Below are positions 41,743 to 51,550 of a stretch of DNA of 64,000 nucleotides, one piece after another. The stretch is from positions 41,602 through 105,601 of the forward strand of contig CAILEP010000035.1 in the NCBI GenBank assembly GCA_903833275.1. The letters are read 5' to 3'. The notes below the pieces were generated by a model. The model did no database searches, was not told the origin of the DNA, and saw only the letters and a program-made list of their open reading frames with translations. The first letter of the stretch is position 1. Every line of letters starts with the position of its first letter. The DNA comes from an uncultured Bdellovibrionales bacterium (GTDB taxonomy: Bacteria; Bdellovibrionota; Bdellovibrionia; Bdellovibrionales; UBA1609). Position numbers and translations under genes: made by a program.

Positions 41743-42924
41743 ATGGCCTCAAATTCTGCATCGACAAAGAGTACGCACAATAAAGGACACCCGAAGCTTG
41801 GTATAAATCTGACGGGCGGCGGCTCTCGCGGCAGTTATCAGGCAGGCGCTTTACTGGCTCTCACTGAAATTATGCGCGACGAAAAAATGTTGGGCGAGCA
41901 GAGCCCCTTTGAGAATCTGTGTGGCGTTAGCGCGGGTGCGATCAATGCTTCATTTCTTGCCGCTGGTTCTAGTACGATATACGACACCGCTCGAAAACTT
42001 GTAGACCTCTGGGCTCGCATTCGGCCAAATCAGGTCTATAAAACGGATGCTTTATCAATGGGTCATAACGGTTTTCGTTGGATTCGGGATCTCACCTTTG
42101 GGCCGATTTTCGGTAAACGATTGGCACGATCGTTGCTCGACACGGCACCGCTTTGGAAGTTAATTGAAGAGGGCGTCAACACTGGCGATATCGCGATGCA
42201 CATTGCCTCAGGTCACCTAAAAGGTTTGGCCTGTTCAGCCTACAGTTACGGACAAAACAAAACCGTGACCTTTTTGCAGACCAAGGCGCCAGTTTCTTGG
42301 CAGAAAAGCCGCCGAATTTCGCAGGCCACGACGATTCGAGCCGAGCATATTGTGGCCTCGTGTGCGATACCAATTTTGTTTCCGTCGACTGAGATCCACA
42401 GTGAATCGTTTGCTGACGGAAGTTTTCGTAATACTTCACCAGTGAGCCCTGTTATTCATATGGGGAGTAAAAAAATTCTCGCCATTGGCGTGCAGGGGCC
42501 CAATGAGGTCGAGGGTCGAGAGCCAACGCGTAACCCTGGCGTGGCCAAGATGGCCGGTTCGATTTTGAATGCGCTATTTTTCGATACATTTGATATCGAT
42601 CTCGAGCGAGTTCGCCATATGAATGAGATTGTAACCGCGTTAAAGAAAGATGTTGAGACAGATCGATCTGATTACACTTATCTCGATTTGAAAGTGATCA
42701 GGCCTTCGCGCGATATTTCAGCGGTTGCAGGGCAAAAGGCCCAAGCCGGGTTGCCGGGGACGGTTGAATTTATGTTGGCCGGGTTGGGCACAGTCGAAGA
42801 GACCGCAGAGCTGGCGAGCTATATTCTATTTGAGCCGAATTTCACTCAGGCTTTGATTGAAATTGGTTATCAGGATGTAAAAAGTCAGAAAGACGAACTG
42901 GTCGCTTGGCTACGTCAACCCTAG
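41743..42924 (+). CDS. patatin-like phospholipase
   Basis: Oxyanion 'LTGGGSRGSYQAG', nucleophile elbow 'GVSAGAINA' (GxSxG), and catalytic Asp 'FADGSFRN'. Confidence 0.85.
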   Translation: MASNSASTKSTHNKGHPKLGINLTGGGSRGSYQAGALLALTEIMRDEKMLGEQSPFENLCGVSAGAINASFLAAGSSTIYDTARKLVDLWARIRPNQVYKTDALSMGHNGFRWIRDLTFGPIFGKRLARSLLDTAPLWKLIEEGVNTGDIAMHIASGHLKGLACSAYSYGQNKTVTFLQTKAPVSWQKSRRISQATTIRAEHIVASCAIPILFPSTEIHSESFADGSFRNTSPVSPVIHMGSKKILAIGVQGPNEVEGREPTRNPGVAKMAGSILNALFFDTFDIDLERVRHMNEIVTALKKDVETDRSDYTYLDLKVIRPSRDISAVAGQKAQAGLPGTVEFMLAGLGTVEETAELASYILFEPNFTQALIEIGYQDVKSQKDELVAWLRQP

Positions 42925-42937
42925 AGAGGTTCTAACT

Positions 42938-43702
42938 TTGGGCGAACAAATAAAAAAAATTGATCTCGAGAACGTGCATGCAGAAACTTCGAGCCGACGA
43001 GGGGCTAGTGGCTTGCTCGAATCGGCCTTGCGAAGATTTCGAAATTTGGCTTTCATTTTTCTACTGATTCCGGTTATAGCCATTTGCACTTCGGCCATTG
43101 GTTTGTCGCTTGTGCCCGCAATTTTTCTGGTCAAATATATTCATCGCTTTACCATCGCTTGGCCGGCATTCGGGCATTATTTTGCAGACGGCACCGCCAT
43201 TGCTGTCGGCTTTCTCGTCTATGGGCTGACGCTTATTATCGTAGTGCCGACCTTTAATTTTCTTTTGCCATTTCGAGTAAAGCCCTTTCGAGGCAATTGG
43301 TACTCGCTGCCATCGATACCCTGGTACGTGCACAACGCATTGACTTACGTTGTGCGCTACACCTTTCTCGAATTTGCCACGCCGTCGCCAGCCAATCTTC
43401 TCTTCTATCGTTTGATGGGGATGAAGATTGGCAAAGGTGTCGTCATCAATTCGACCAATATTTCGGACCCTTCGATGATTGTGCTCGGGGACTTCGTCAC
43501 CATCGGTGGTTCAGCTCATTTAATGGCGCATTATGGGCAGAAAGGGTATTTGATTATCGCGCCGGTGGTTATAGGCAAGGGGACCACGGTCGGGCTCAAG
43601 GCCACGATTATGGGTGGGGTCACTGTCGGTGAAAATTGCAACATTAAGCCACACACGGCGGTTTTGCCGAAAACCGAAATCCCTGACGGGACAACTGTTT
43701 AA
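42938..43702 (+). CDS. membrane-anchored hexapeptide-repeat (left-handed beta-helix) protein, acyltransferase-like
   Basis: N-terminal TM helices. The C-terminus has [LIV]-G-x4 hexapeptide periodicity ('IGKGVVINSTNISDPSMIVLGDFVTIGGSAHL...VIGKGTTVGLKATIMGGVTVGENCNI'). The start is TTG. Confidence 0.6.
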   Translation: MGEQIKKIDLENVHAETSSRRGASGLLESALRRFRNLAFIFLLIPVIAICTSAIGLSLVPAIFLVKYIHRFTIAWPAFGHYFADGTAIAVGFLVYGLTLIIVVPTFNFLLPFRVKPFRGNWYSLPSIPWYVHNALTYVVRYTFLEFATPSPANLLFYRLMGMKIGKGVVINSTNISDPSMIVLGDFVTIGGSAHLMAHYGQKGYLIIAPVVIGKGTTVGLKATIMGGVTVGENCNIKPHTAVLPKTEIPDGTTV

Positions 43703-43704
43703 AT

Positions 43705-44697
43705 TTAGCGGGGTTGTCGGGCGCGAAATGCGTCGCGGTGAATTCGTTTTGATCTATGCCCCATGCGAAAATGATGGGCGCAATTTTTAGAGCAGGTCTT
43801 AAATTGCTCTTCTTTTTCAATACAATGGTTGCAAACAATAGCGGCGATACCACACTGGGGGCAGTCGATTTTTTCTTTTGCGGGCTGACCGCAATGGGGG
43901 CAAAGCTTAAAGTTTTGTGACGGCGCCAAGTCTTGATCTACAGCCACTCGATAATCAAAAACAAAACATTCGCCTTCAAAATTGCGGCGCGGAGATTCTT
44001 TAAGGTAATTAAGAATGCCGCCCTCAAGCTGATAAACGTTGTGATAACCTTGTTCTTGCATTTCAAGAATGGCCTTTTCACAACGAATTCCGCCAGTACA
44101 GTAAATTAATACTTTCTGATCTTTCGTTATGGGTTGCTTTTTAACCCAAACCGGAAACTCAGTGAACTCACGAGTTTTGGGGTCGACGGCGCCCTTAAAG
44201 TGGCCAATTTCGTATTCGTAAGAATTACGGGTGTCGATCACCACGACGTCTTCGTTATCAATAGCGTGATCCCACTCAGCGGGGCTTAAATGATGATTTT
44301 TGCCCGATTCGCTCGTTGGCTGACCGGTGGGATGAGCCAAGTGCGGAGCTAGATCGGGGCGCAGTAGGGTGACTATTTCGGGGCGAATCTTTACCGAAAG
44401 TTCATGAAACGGGTGTCTGTCGGCAAAGCTATCTTTAAAGAAAATATCATTCGCAGAAAGTGTAAAAAAATTGGCGATGGCGGTCTTAAATGCGGCAGCG
44501 TTTTCTCGCGGTAACGAAAATGTGCAATTGATGCCTTCGGTGCCGACAATAAATAGCCCACGCAAGCCGAGCGAGTCGGTCTGTGGGGTTAGCCAGGCCT
44601 TAAGATCTTCAAGTTGCGTCAGTGACAGGGGCATAAAGCGATAAAATGTGACAACCTGAATTGGGCGAATCGACCCATTCAATTCTTGTTTAGACAT
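43705..44697 (-). CDS. trhO: rhodanese-domain protein of the UPF0176/TrhO family (tRNA U34 hydroxylase)
   Basis: Rhodanese active-site loop 'YCTGGIRCEKA' and a C-terminal Cys cluster 'CPHCGQP...CPQCG...CNHC...CSKNC'. Confidence 0.8.
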   Translation of the reverse strand: MSKQELNGSIRPIQVVTFYRFMPLSLTQLEDLKAWLTPQTDSLGLRGLFIVGTEGINCTFSLPRENAAAFKTAIANFFTLSANDIFFKDSFADRHPFHELSVKIRPEIVTLLRPDLAPHLAHPTGQPTSESGKNHHLSPAEWDHAIDNEDVVVIDTRNSYEYEIGHFKGAVDPKTREFTEFPVWVKKQPITKDQKVLIYCTGGIRCEKAILEMQEQGYHNVYQLEGGILNYLKESPRRNFEGECFVFDYRVAVDQDLAPSQNFKLCPHCGQPAKEKIDCPQCGIAAIVCNHCIEKEEQFKTCSKNCAHHFRMGHRSKRIHRDAFRARQPR

Positions 44698-44715
44698 GGC
44701 GGCAATTTAAGGTTT

Positions 44716-45693
44716 CTAGCCGGTTTTGGCAAATTCTTTGTTTACGATCAATTGAAGCGCGCGAAAGGCTTCGCGATTATGGGGTTGGCCCATGGTCACT
44801 TCGATCGTTGTAATGGCTTCGCGAGGGGTGCGGGGGTTGGTGTTATTAGGCCCCGGCAGGGTCAGTTCGCAAAAATCACTAGCCAATGCAACCACTTTGG
44901 CGAGCGGATGTATTTTTAAATTGCGAAGTTTGCGGGGGTAGCCTTGGCCGATGGCGTTCTCATGGTGCTCGTAGGCCACAGCAATCACATCGTCGGGCAC
45001 AATGCCGAGACCGAGTAGCATTTGCATACCTTTGAAGGGGTGAGTTTCATAAAGTTGAATCTCATCAAAGGTCATTTTAGCCTTGGGCTTACTGACCAAT
45101 TCGGCCGGCAGGCTTTTGAGGCCAATATTGTGCAAGAGGGCGCCAAGAGCAAGCTTCTCAACTGTCTGCTGGTTCTCCCACTTCAATACTTGCGCGATCA
45201 TGACGCTAATACAGCTAACGGCAAGTGAATGTTGAAGCACTTGATCGTTGCAGTCTTTGAGGCTGGCAAATAGATCGCTGAGGTCACGGTGTGACTCTGA
45301 CAGCGCGACTGTCGCCTCAACGATTTGTTTTGAATGAGTATAGGAGTCAAAACTCAAACCCATATGCTCGAGCTCAGTAAAGACGCTACCAGCGGCCTGC
45401 GAAAGAATGGTGGTTTTCTGATGTACGTTTAAGTTGGAGGCGGTCACAACTACGCCGGCAATACTAAGATTGTTGGCGATCAATTTCGAATACTCTTCTC
45501 GTTTGACCCAACGATATTCGACTGTTTTATTCTCGTAAGTTTTAAATTGATCTTTGTTCGGTTTCTGACCGGCGTTTGACACCAATACAAATTTACTGTC
45601 GCTCAGGCGAACATAGAGGTTGACCGGAACCACTGTGCCACCAATAAAATCGGTTATCGGCACAGGGATCATTTGTGGGTGTTTGACTTCCAT
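44716..45693 (-). CDS. HD-GYP-domain protein with a variant HD motif (His-Asn)
   Basis: 'HHENAIGQGYPRKL' is the GYP signature. The HD position reads 'LLHNIGL' (His-Asn codons at 45127-45132) where the usual motif is LLHDIGK. The start is set at the ATG at 45693. Confidence 0.75.
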   Translation of the reverse strand: MEVKHPQMIPVPITDFIGGTVVPVNLYVRLSDSKFVLVSNAGQKPNKDQFKTYENKTVEYRWVKREEYSKLIANNLSIAGVVVTASNLNVHQKTTILSQAAGSVFTELEHMGLSFDSYTHSKQIVEATVALSESHRDLSDLFASLKDCNDQVLQHSLAVSCISVMIAQVLKWENQQTVEKLALGALLHNIGLKSLPAELVSKPKAKMTFDEIQLYETHPFKGMQMLLGLGIVPDDVIAVAYEHHENAIGQGYPRKLRNLKIHPLAKVVALASDFCELTLPGPNNTNPRTPREAITTIEVTMGQPHNREAFRALQLIVNKEFAKTG

Positions 45694-45934
45694 AGTTATA
45701 TAATCGGCAATTCCGTAGTGATTTCTAAAGGACGGCAGGGTATAAAAGAAAAAATTAGCGACCAAGCTAGACCACTAAGCTCGGCTACTAATCTAGCCAA
45801 TGGTGCCGTTGCGCAGGCCCGTGCTGCGGTGGTTGATTCGAACGGATTATGATAAAAGCAGCGCCCAAGACGTTGGTCGAGTCTTTAGGCGAGCAAAAGA
45901 TCGAGTTTTCAAACGAGCAGAAGAGAGACAGGCA

Positions 45935-46828
45935 ATGACGGCAAGTGAGAATTCAGCGGGAGTAACAAAAGATACTGTGTCGCCACTATTAGTTCAAAAC
46001 CTTTCGAAGAACTATGGGGCCATCGAAGCCGTTCGTAATGCCAGTTTCAATCTTAATAAGGGTGAAGTTTTCGGATTGCTCGGCCCAAACGGCGCCGGTA
46101 AGACTTCGATAATTTCGTGCATCGTGACCCTTGAAAAGCCGACCTCAGGCTCGATTTTCGTTGGCGGCTTTGACGTTCAAAAAAATCCGCGCGAGGCTAA
46201 GCGCAACGTCGGTTTTGTTCCACAAGAAATTATCAATCACGGCTATTTTAATGTTGAAGAAATATTGTCATTTCAGTCGGGCTATTTTGGTTTACTACAC
46301 AATCGTGAACGCACCGATTACATTCTTCATGAGCTTCGCCTTTATGAACATCGGCATAAAAAAGTAAAACAACTGTCGGGGGGCATGAAGCGCCGACTTT
46401 TGATCGCCAAAGCGCTCGTGCATTCACCCCAACTTTTGTTATTGGATGAGCCGACTGCAGGCGTCGACATCGAATTGCGCGAACAATTATGGCAATTCGT
46501 AAAAAAATTAAAAGCCGAAGGTGTCACGGTGCTTTTAACCACGCACTACCTAGAAGAGGCCGAACAGCTTTGCGATCGCGTCGGTTTGATCGATAAGGGT
46601 GAAATCAAAATGGTTGAGAGCACTCAGTTCTTGATCGACAAATTTACCGGGCGATCGGTGCGAGTCAAATTTCGAAATGTCGTTGCCCCAAGAGATTTCG
46701 AGCTGCGCACTGGCGAAACCGTGGGCGACCTGATCAACAAAGAAAAACTAGATGTGAATCAAATTGAAGATATTAATATTTCAGAAGGCACTCTCGAAGA
46801 TGCCTTTCGTCGGGTGATTTACCAATGA
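45935..46828 (+). CDS. ABC transporter ATP-binding protein (ABC-2 type)
   Basis: Walker A 'GPNGAGKTS', signature 'LSGGMKRRL' and Walker B 'LLLLDEPTAGVD'. The start is set at the ATG at 45935 rather than the ORF-track start at 45800. Confidence 0.85.
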   Translation: MTASENSAGVTKDTVSPLLVQNLSKNYGAIEAVRNASFNLNKGEVFGLLGPNGAGKTSIISCIVTLEKPTSGSIFVGGFDVQKNPREAKRNVGFVPQEIINHGYFNVEEILSFQSGYFGLLHNRERTDYILHELRLYEHRHKKVKQLSGGMKRRLLIAKALVHSPQLLLLDEPTAGVDIELREQLWQFVKKLKAEGVTVLLTTHYLEEAEQLCDRVGLIDKGEIKMVESTQFLIDKFTGRSVRVKFRNVVAPRDFELRTGETVGDLINKEKLDVNQIEDINISEGTLEDAFRRVIYQ

Positions 46829-47664
46829 GTTCGAATGTTCAAAGCGAAAAATTTCGAGGCTCAAATGTGAAAGGTCAGGCCGATCTTTTTCTCGGCCCGT
46901 TTTACAGTTTGCTTCGCAAAGAGGTCATGAGATTTCTAAAAGTGAGCATGCAGACCATTCTGACGCCAATGGTGAGTTCATTATTGTATCTACTTATTTT
47001 TGGGGTCAGTCTCGGCGCCTATATTCAAATGAAGGGTGGGATTTCGTACCTCGAGTTTTTAATCCCCGGATTGGTGATGATGGGTTGTCTTAATAATGCA
47101 TTTCAAAACTCATCGAGTTCGATCATTATCGCTAAGTTTAGCGGCGATCTTGAGGACCTCAAGGTCGCCCCGATTAGTTACACCCAGATTATTTTGGCGG
47201 TGGCCTTGGGGGGTCTTGTGCGCGGCGTGGTGGTCGGTACGATCACCTACGTTGTTGGCGCTATTTTCTGTTACTTTAAGGCTGACACCGTCATCGCCAT
47301 CCATCACCCTCTTTGGCTTTTGGTTTTTATTGTTCTGGGTGGGCTTTCGTTTTCGCTGCTGGGGCTTGCCGCCGCATTTTGGGCCAAAAGTTTCGACCAA
47401 ATGGCCGCGGTCAATAGCTTCATTCTTTTGCCATTGATGTATTTAGGCGGAGTCTTTTTTTCGATCGATAATCTGCACCCCTTTTGGCAGTCGATTGCTC
47501 GTGCCAATCCGCTCATTTATTTTATAAACGGAGTGCGCTATGGCATTCTGGGTGTTTCTGATGTAACTCCAGAGCATGCTTGCGTTGTGGCGCTCGTCAC
47601 CTTGGTACTAATGTATTGGTTGGCATTTCGAACTTTGGCCCGGGCTTCTTTTTTACGATGGTAG
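46825..47664 (+). CDS. ABC-2 type transporter permease
   Basis: 279 aa with 6 TM helices. It overlaps the ATPase stop by 4 nt (ATGA). Confidence 0.8.
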   Translation: MSSNVQSEKFRGSNVKGQADLFLGPFYSLLRKEVMRFLKVSMQTILTPMVSSLLYLLIFGVSLGAYIQMKGGISYLEFLIPGLVMMGCLNNAFQNSSSSIIIAKFSGDLEDLKVAPISYTQIILAVALGGLVRGVVVGTITYVVGAIFCYFKADTVIAIHHPLWLLVFIVLGGLSFSLLGLAAAFWAKSFDQMAAVNSFILLPLMYLGGVFFSIDNLHPFWQSIARANPLIYFINGVRYGILGVSDVTPEHACVVALVTLVLMYWLAFRTLARASFLRW

Positions 47665-47670
47665 TGTAAA

Positions 47671-49044
47671 ATGTTTGATAATCTTTCAGATAAATTATTG
47701 TCGACGATTAAAAAAGTACGTGGTCAGAGTCGTATTACCGAGGCCAATGTCGACGAAGCTATTCGCGAGATTCGCTTGGCGCTTCTCGAGGCCGACGTTA
47801 ATTTTAAAGTTGTTAAACTTTTTCTCGATCGCGTCAGGGTCAAAGCTCTCGGTCAAGAAGTTCTCACGAGCGTATCGCCCGGGCAGCAATTTACCAAGAT
47901 CGTTCATGATGAACTTTTGCAGGTTTTGGGCGGCAGTGACCCGGTCGAAATTAATCTCAAAGGGTCGCCAGCAGTTTTAATGATTGTCGGCTTAAATGGC
48001 GCGGGCAAAACAACGACCGCGGCGAAACTCGGCCTGCACATTCGGCAAAAAATTAAACGTAAACCGGGCTTAGTTTCAGTCGACATTTATCGCCCAGCGG
48101 CTCGCGAACAGCTTGAGATTTTGGCGAAACAAAATGATTTGCCAATTTGCACCGTGCCGATCTCTGAGCCACAGAAGATGGTCGAAGAGGCGCTCAAATG
48201 GGCCAAAGATAATTTTGTTGAAGTGTTGATTGTCGATACAGCCGGCCGAATGCAAATCGATGAGACTCTTATGGCTGAGCTGACCAAGCTTAAAGATTTT
48301 TTGAAACCCCAAGAAGTGGTGCTGGTGGCCGACTCTCAATTGGGTCAGCAATCGGTGAATGTCGCCGAGGGTTTCAATAAAGCAGTGGGGCTGACCGGTT
48401 TGATTTTGACTAAAATCGATGGCGATGCGCGTGGCGGGGCGGCTTTAAGCATTCGCGAAACGCTCGGCATCCCGATTAAATTTCTTGGCACCGGCGAAAA
48501 AGTGTCGGCTCTTGAGATCTTTCACCCAGATCGCTTGGCTTCGCGGTTGCTCGATATGGGCGATGTCTTGACCCTTGTTGAGAAGGCTCAAGAGGTGATG
48601 GATGAGAAAGAAGTGCGCGATTCTGTTAAAAAAATGGCGCGCTCACAATTCACCGTAGATGATTTTCTTAAGCAGCTGAAAATGCTTAAAAAGATGGGCG
48701 GTATGGAGAGTATTCTTTCAATGCTGCCGGGTATGGGCCAATTGACCAAACAAATGAAGCAAATGGCCCCTCCTGATCAAGAAATGAAAAAAATTGAGGC
48801 CATTATTCAATCGATGACTCAAGGTGAACGAACCAATCACAAGGTTCTAAACGGCTCGCGGCGCCTTCGAATAGCTAAGGGCAGCGGCACCCAAGTTAGC
48901 GACGTAAATAAATTTATCAACCAATTCGAACAGTCGCAAAAGATGATGTCGCAGATGATGAAGATGGGCATGGGCAGGGGCGGGGCCGGCGGTAACCCAT
49001 TTGGTGGGGCCCCTGGCGGTAAGGGTGCCGGTCGATTTCGATAG
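47671..49044 (+). CDS. ffh: signal recognition particle protein Ffh
   Basis: 'GLNGAGKTTTAAKL', 'DTAGR' and 'TKIDGDARGGAALS', a Met-rich M domain, and a Gly-rich tail. Confidence 0.95.
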   Translation: MFDNLSDKLLSTIKKVRGQSRITEANVDEAIREIRLALLEADVNFKVVKLFLDRVRVKALGQEVLTSVSPGQQFTKIVHDELLQVLGGSDPVEINLKGSPAVLMIVGLNGAGKTTTAAKLGLHIRQKIKRKPGLVSVDIYRPAAREQLEILAKQNDLPICTVPISEPQKMVEEALKWAKDNFVEVLIVDTAGRMQIDETLMAELTKLKDFLKPQEVVLVADSQLGQQSVNVAEGFNKAVGLTGLILTKIDGDARGGAALSIRETLGIPIKFLGTGEKVSALEIFHPDRLASRLLDMGDVLTLVEKAQEVMDEKEVRDSVKKMARSQFTVDDFLKQLKMLKKMGGMESILSMLPGMGQLTKQMKQMAPPDQEMKKIEAIIQSMTQGERTNHKVLNGSRRLRIAKGSGTQVSDVNKFINQFEQSQKMMSQMMKMGMGRGGAGGNPFGGAPGGKGAGRFR

Positions 49045-49094
49045 TAACTAAAAGCCTAAGCACATTAATGAGTCAGGCCTGCACACTCTTGGCC

Positions 49095-49730
49095 TCAGTC
49101 TCTGCTGGGTACTAGATATCCGCGAGTTTTAATTTGACCTAACTTGATATCGCCAAGGTTGTTGAAATTGTTATCGCCCATAAAGATAATCCACGATTCA
49201 AATCGCACATGTCTAAAATCACCCTTATCAAGCACGGCCCGAAAAGCTTTGTCAGAGTTCAAGTCGGGCTCCGAAAAAGCATGCGGTATAATCGAATTGT
49301 AATTATCTTGCGGATGGGTGTGGCGTTTTCGAACGGTCGCGATTAGGTTTTTACGTTCTGAATTCTGCATCAAGAGCAGCCAGGCTGCCGCGCTCAACCC
49401 CTGAACCTGTTGAACCGCCCCTTTAATTATTTTTTGATCGATGACATTGCCGTCCTTATCGAGCAGTTCGACGATGCCCATTTCGATTGGATTATTAATG
49501 CTGCGAGAATATGAGCTCCATAAGAGGGCATGATCGGTGTGGTCAGCGGGGCGGCGAAGAGTTTTTGCTGAAAATGGAATATACGAACGAGCAAACGGCA
49601 GTAAAAAAGACGGGGCTTCATAGACGCCAAACGTTTCTGTTTTTAATAAATCTGAACAATCAACTTTAGAGTTTTCAGCCAAGACCAGCTGGCTTGCCAA
49701 TAATACAGTTAGAAAAATCCAAATCTTCAT
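49095..49730 (-). CDS. secreted hypothetical protein
   Basis: 211 aa with signal peptide MKIWIFLTVLLASQLVLA. It lies 20 nt downstream of the metalloprotease-like gene on the same strand. Confidence 0.55.
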   Translation of the reverse strand: MKIWIFLTVLLASQLVLAENSKVDCSDLLKTETFGVYEAPSFLLPFARSYIPFSAKTLRRPADHTDHALLWSSYSRSINNPIEMGIVELLDKDGNVIDQKIIKGAVQQVQGLSAAAWLLLMQNSERKNLIATVRKRHTHPQDNYNSIIPHAFSEPDLNSDKAFRAVLDKGDFRHVRFESWIIFMGDNNFNNLGDIKLGQIKTRGYLVPSRD

Positions 49731-49750
49731 TGTCTTGGCCTCAGCGAAAA

Positions 49751-51118
49751 TTAATTAGTCTTATGGTATATTGAAAACTTCTCGTGTTTCTGTGCGTAGT
49801 CGATAACTTGTGCGTCTACTTTCGAGAAATGGATTTTAAAATGTTGGGTAATGGGGTCAGATAATTCGATCGGGATAAGGCCACTGGTGACACCGTAATC
49901 ACTTTTTAGAATCTGATCAATCTGGCGTCGAGCAATACATTGTTCGGTGTTTTGTTGGTTAAATGGCAAAAAGGCTAAGGGCACACACGCCTCAGCTGTC
50001 GCTTGTATTTCGGCCGTCGAAGTGAGCACATTGGTCTCAGCGTATTTGCTTTTAAACTCGTTGAGAATGGTCGGATTGTGGCAAAGGGTTGAAGCAAACT
50101 CTTCGCCGCCAAAGACATAAAAGCGAATGAAGTCATATTTTTCGGGGTGGATTACTTTGAGTTTCGTTGGCTCGAGCATGTAATAAGTGACGGCCTCGGC
50201 AAAATCTTCTGCCGCATTGGTTTGCGCGTATTCGGACACAAAGCGAACCGTCGAATTGTTTCTTTTGGCGGCGCGCTCTGCCACCCAACCGCTTAATTTG
50301 AGCCAAGATGGTGAGGTATCAAGACGTTGAGAGTCAGTGAAAAGCACACTTGAACTCATTTTTGCCGGCACCTGGCTGAATGATAGATTGTGGGCGATTT
50401 CGTGCACGACCGTATAAACTCTAACTTGCGGCGAAGAGTCTGACCAAAGATCAAAGAACGACATCGTCGCGTTCGCGAGGATATTCGGGTCGTGCGGATT
50501 GTCCAGGTTCGAGATTAAGCCCCGTCGAATTTTAATGGTTTGTTTGTTCTCCGAAATCGGCAGAAGCCGATCGGGGTAAAGATGGGCGGCGTTAATGATC
50601 GAATCGAGCTGGCTGACTCCAAACGTTTCGGCATTTCGAAAAACGAGTTTTGAAGTATTAAGATTAAATCGCGCTTGAAGGTAGATCATTCGGCGGCCGA
50701 TTTCGGCACCAAAAAGGGCATCGGCGGCGCAGATCACTTTTCTGCAGGTTGAGCTTTGGCGCACCCGTTTGGTCAGGCCTGAGAGGTCGCTGTTATCTGG
50801 CGAAGACCCAGTGGGCGCGTAGGGCTCGTCAGATTTTACAACTAGTTCGCGAAAAGCCCAAATTAATGTGGGCGACTCGTTTTTAAGCCTAAAGCCGGCG
50901 ACTTCGGCATCAGCCTGGCTATCGCCAGAGGCGTCGCGAGCTTCTAAACTGGCAAAGAATTGGGCCATACGAGAAGAGGGGGTTCTGGTGGTTGCGCAAG
51001 CCGTAGTGCTCGGCGGGTAGACTTGAGCCATGGCCGTGCTCACGGCCAATATGGCCAGAAACTGTACAGTTAGCCGTAAAGAGAGACTTGTAAGGTGAGA
51101 TATTCGTTCCTGTTGCAT
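49751..51118 (-). CDS. secreted zinc metalloprotease-like protein (HExxH plus downstream 'EDFAE', lethal-factor/M34-like signature)
   Basis: Signal peptide (LTVQFLAILAVSTAMA), then 'VVHEIAHNL' and 'AAEDFAEAVTYYM'. The start may be at 51118 or 51148. Confidence 0.65.
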   Translation of the reverse strand: MQQERISHLTSLSLRLTVQFLAILAVSTAMAQVYPPSTTACATTRTPSSRMAQFFASLEARDASGDSQADAEVAGFRLKNESPTLIWAFRELVVKSDEPYAPTGSSPDNSDLSGLTKRVRQSSTCRKVICAADALFGAEIGRRMIYLQARFNLNTSKLVFRNAETFGVSQLDSIINAAHLYPDRLLPISENKQTIKIRRGLISNLDNPHDPNILANATMSFFDLWSDSSPQVRVYTVVHEIAHNLSFSQVPAKMSSSVLFTDSQRLDTSPSWLKLSGWVAERAAKRNNSTVRFVSEYAQTNAAEDFAEAVTYYMLEPTKLKVIHPEKYDFIRFYVFGGEEFASTLCHNPTILNEFKSKYAETNVLTSTAEIQATAEACVPLAFLPFNQQNTEQCIARRQIDQILKSDYGVTSGLIPIELSDPITQHFKIHFSKVDAQVIDYAQKHEKFSIYHKTN

Positions 51119-51252
51119 GGTGCAGATAGAGAGCAAAAAGGGGGCCATCGGGCCACTTAAAGCACCTAAACCGAAAGGAATTCAATATTCTTTGTTGCCG
51201 AGACGCCATTGAGTGAGGTAGATCTGGAAGCCGTTTTTAAGGAGTATCGCAA

Positions 51253-51513
51253 ATGGTAGTAATTCGTTTAGCTCGCTTTGGCACCAAACACGTCCCTAAA
51301 TATCGCATCACAGTTGCAGATCAAAAATATGCAGCGACTGGTCGATTTCTTGAAGTAGTGGGGCTGTATAATCCGAAGCCTTTGGGTAAAGATAAAGAAA
51401 TTGCCCTTGATATGGCAAAAGTCCAAGCCTGGATGAAGCAAGGCGCGCAACCCACTGAGCGTGTGCGTAGTCTTATTCGTAAGTTTGAAAAAACTAACGA
51501 AAAATCTAAGTAA
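51253..51513 (+). CDS. rpsP: 30S ribosomal protein S16
   Basis: 'MVVIRLARFGTKHVPKYRITVADQ', preceded by AAGGAG. Confidence 0.95.
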   Translation: MVVIRLARFGTKHVPKYRITVADQKYAATGRFLEVVGLYNPKPLGKDKEIALDMAKVQAWMKQGAQPTERVRSLIRKFEKTNEKSK

Positions 51514-51550
51514 GCATTTCTAGGTTTCAAATACAGCAAGGGAGTCTCAC

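Noticed and set aside
45800-45934. N-terminal 45-aa extension of the ABC ATPase, and a ~24-nt imperfect direct repeat (gagtctttaggcgagcaaaagatc / gagttttcaaacgagcagaagaga)
   Set aside because: The extension is Arg-rich and unlike ABC N-termini, while the ATG at 45935 has a purine-rich upstream region. The repeat is weak (about two thirds identity by eye) and short. It may be a leader feature but is not supportable.
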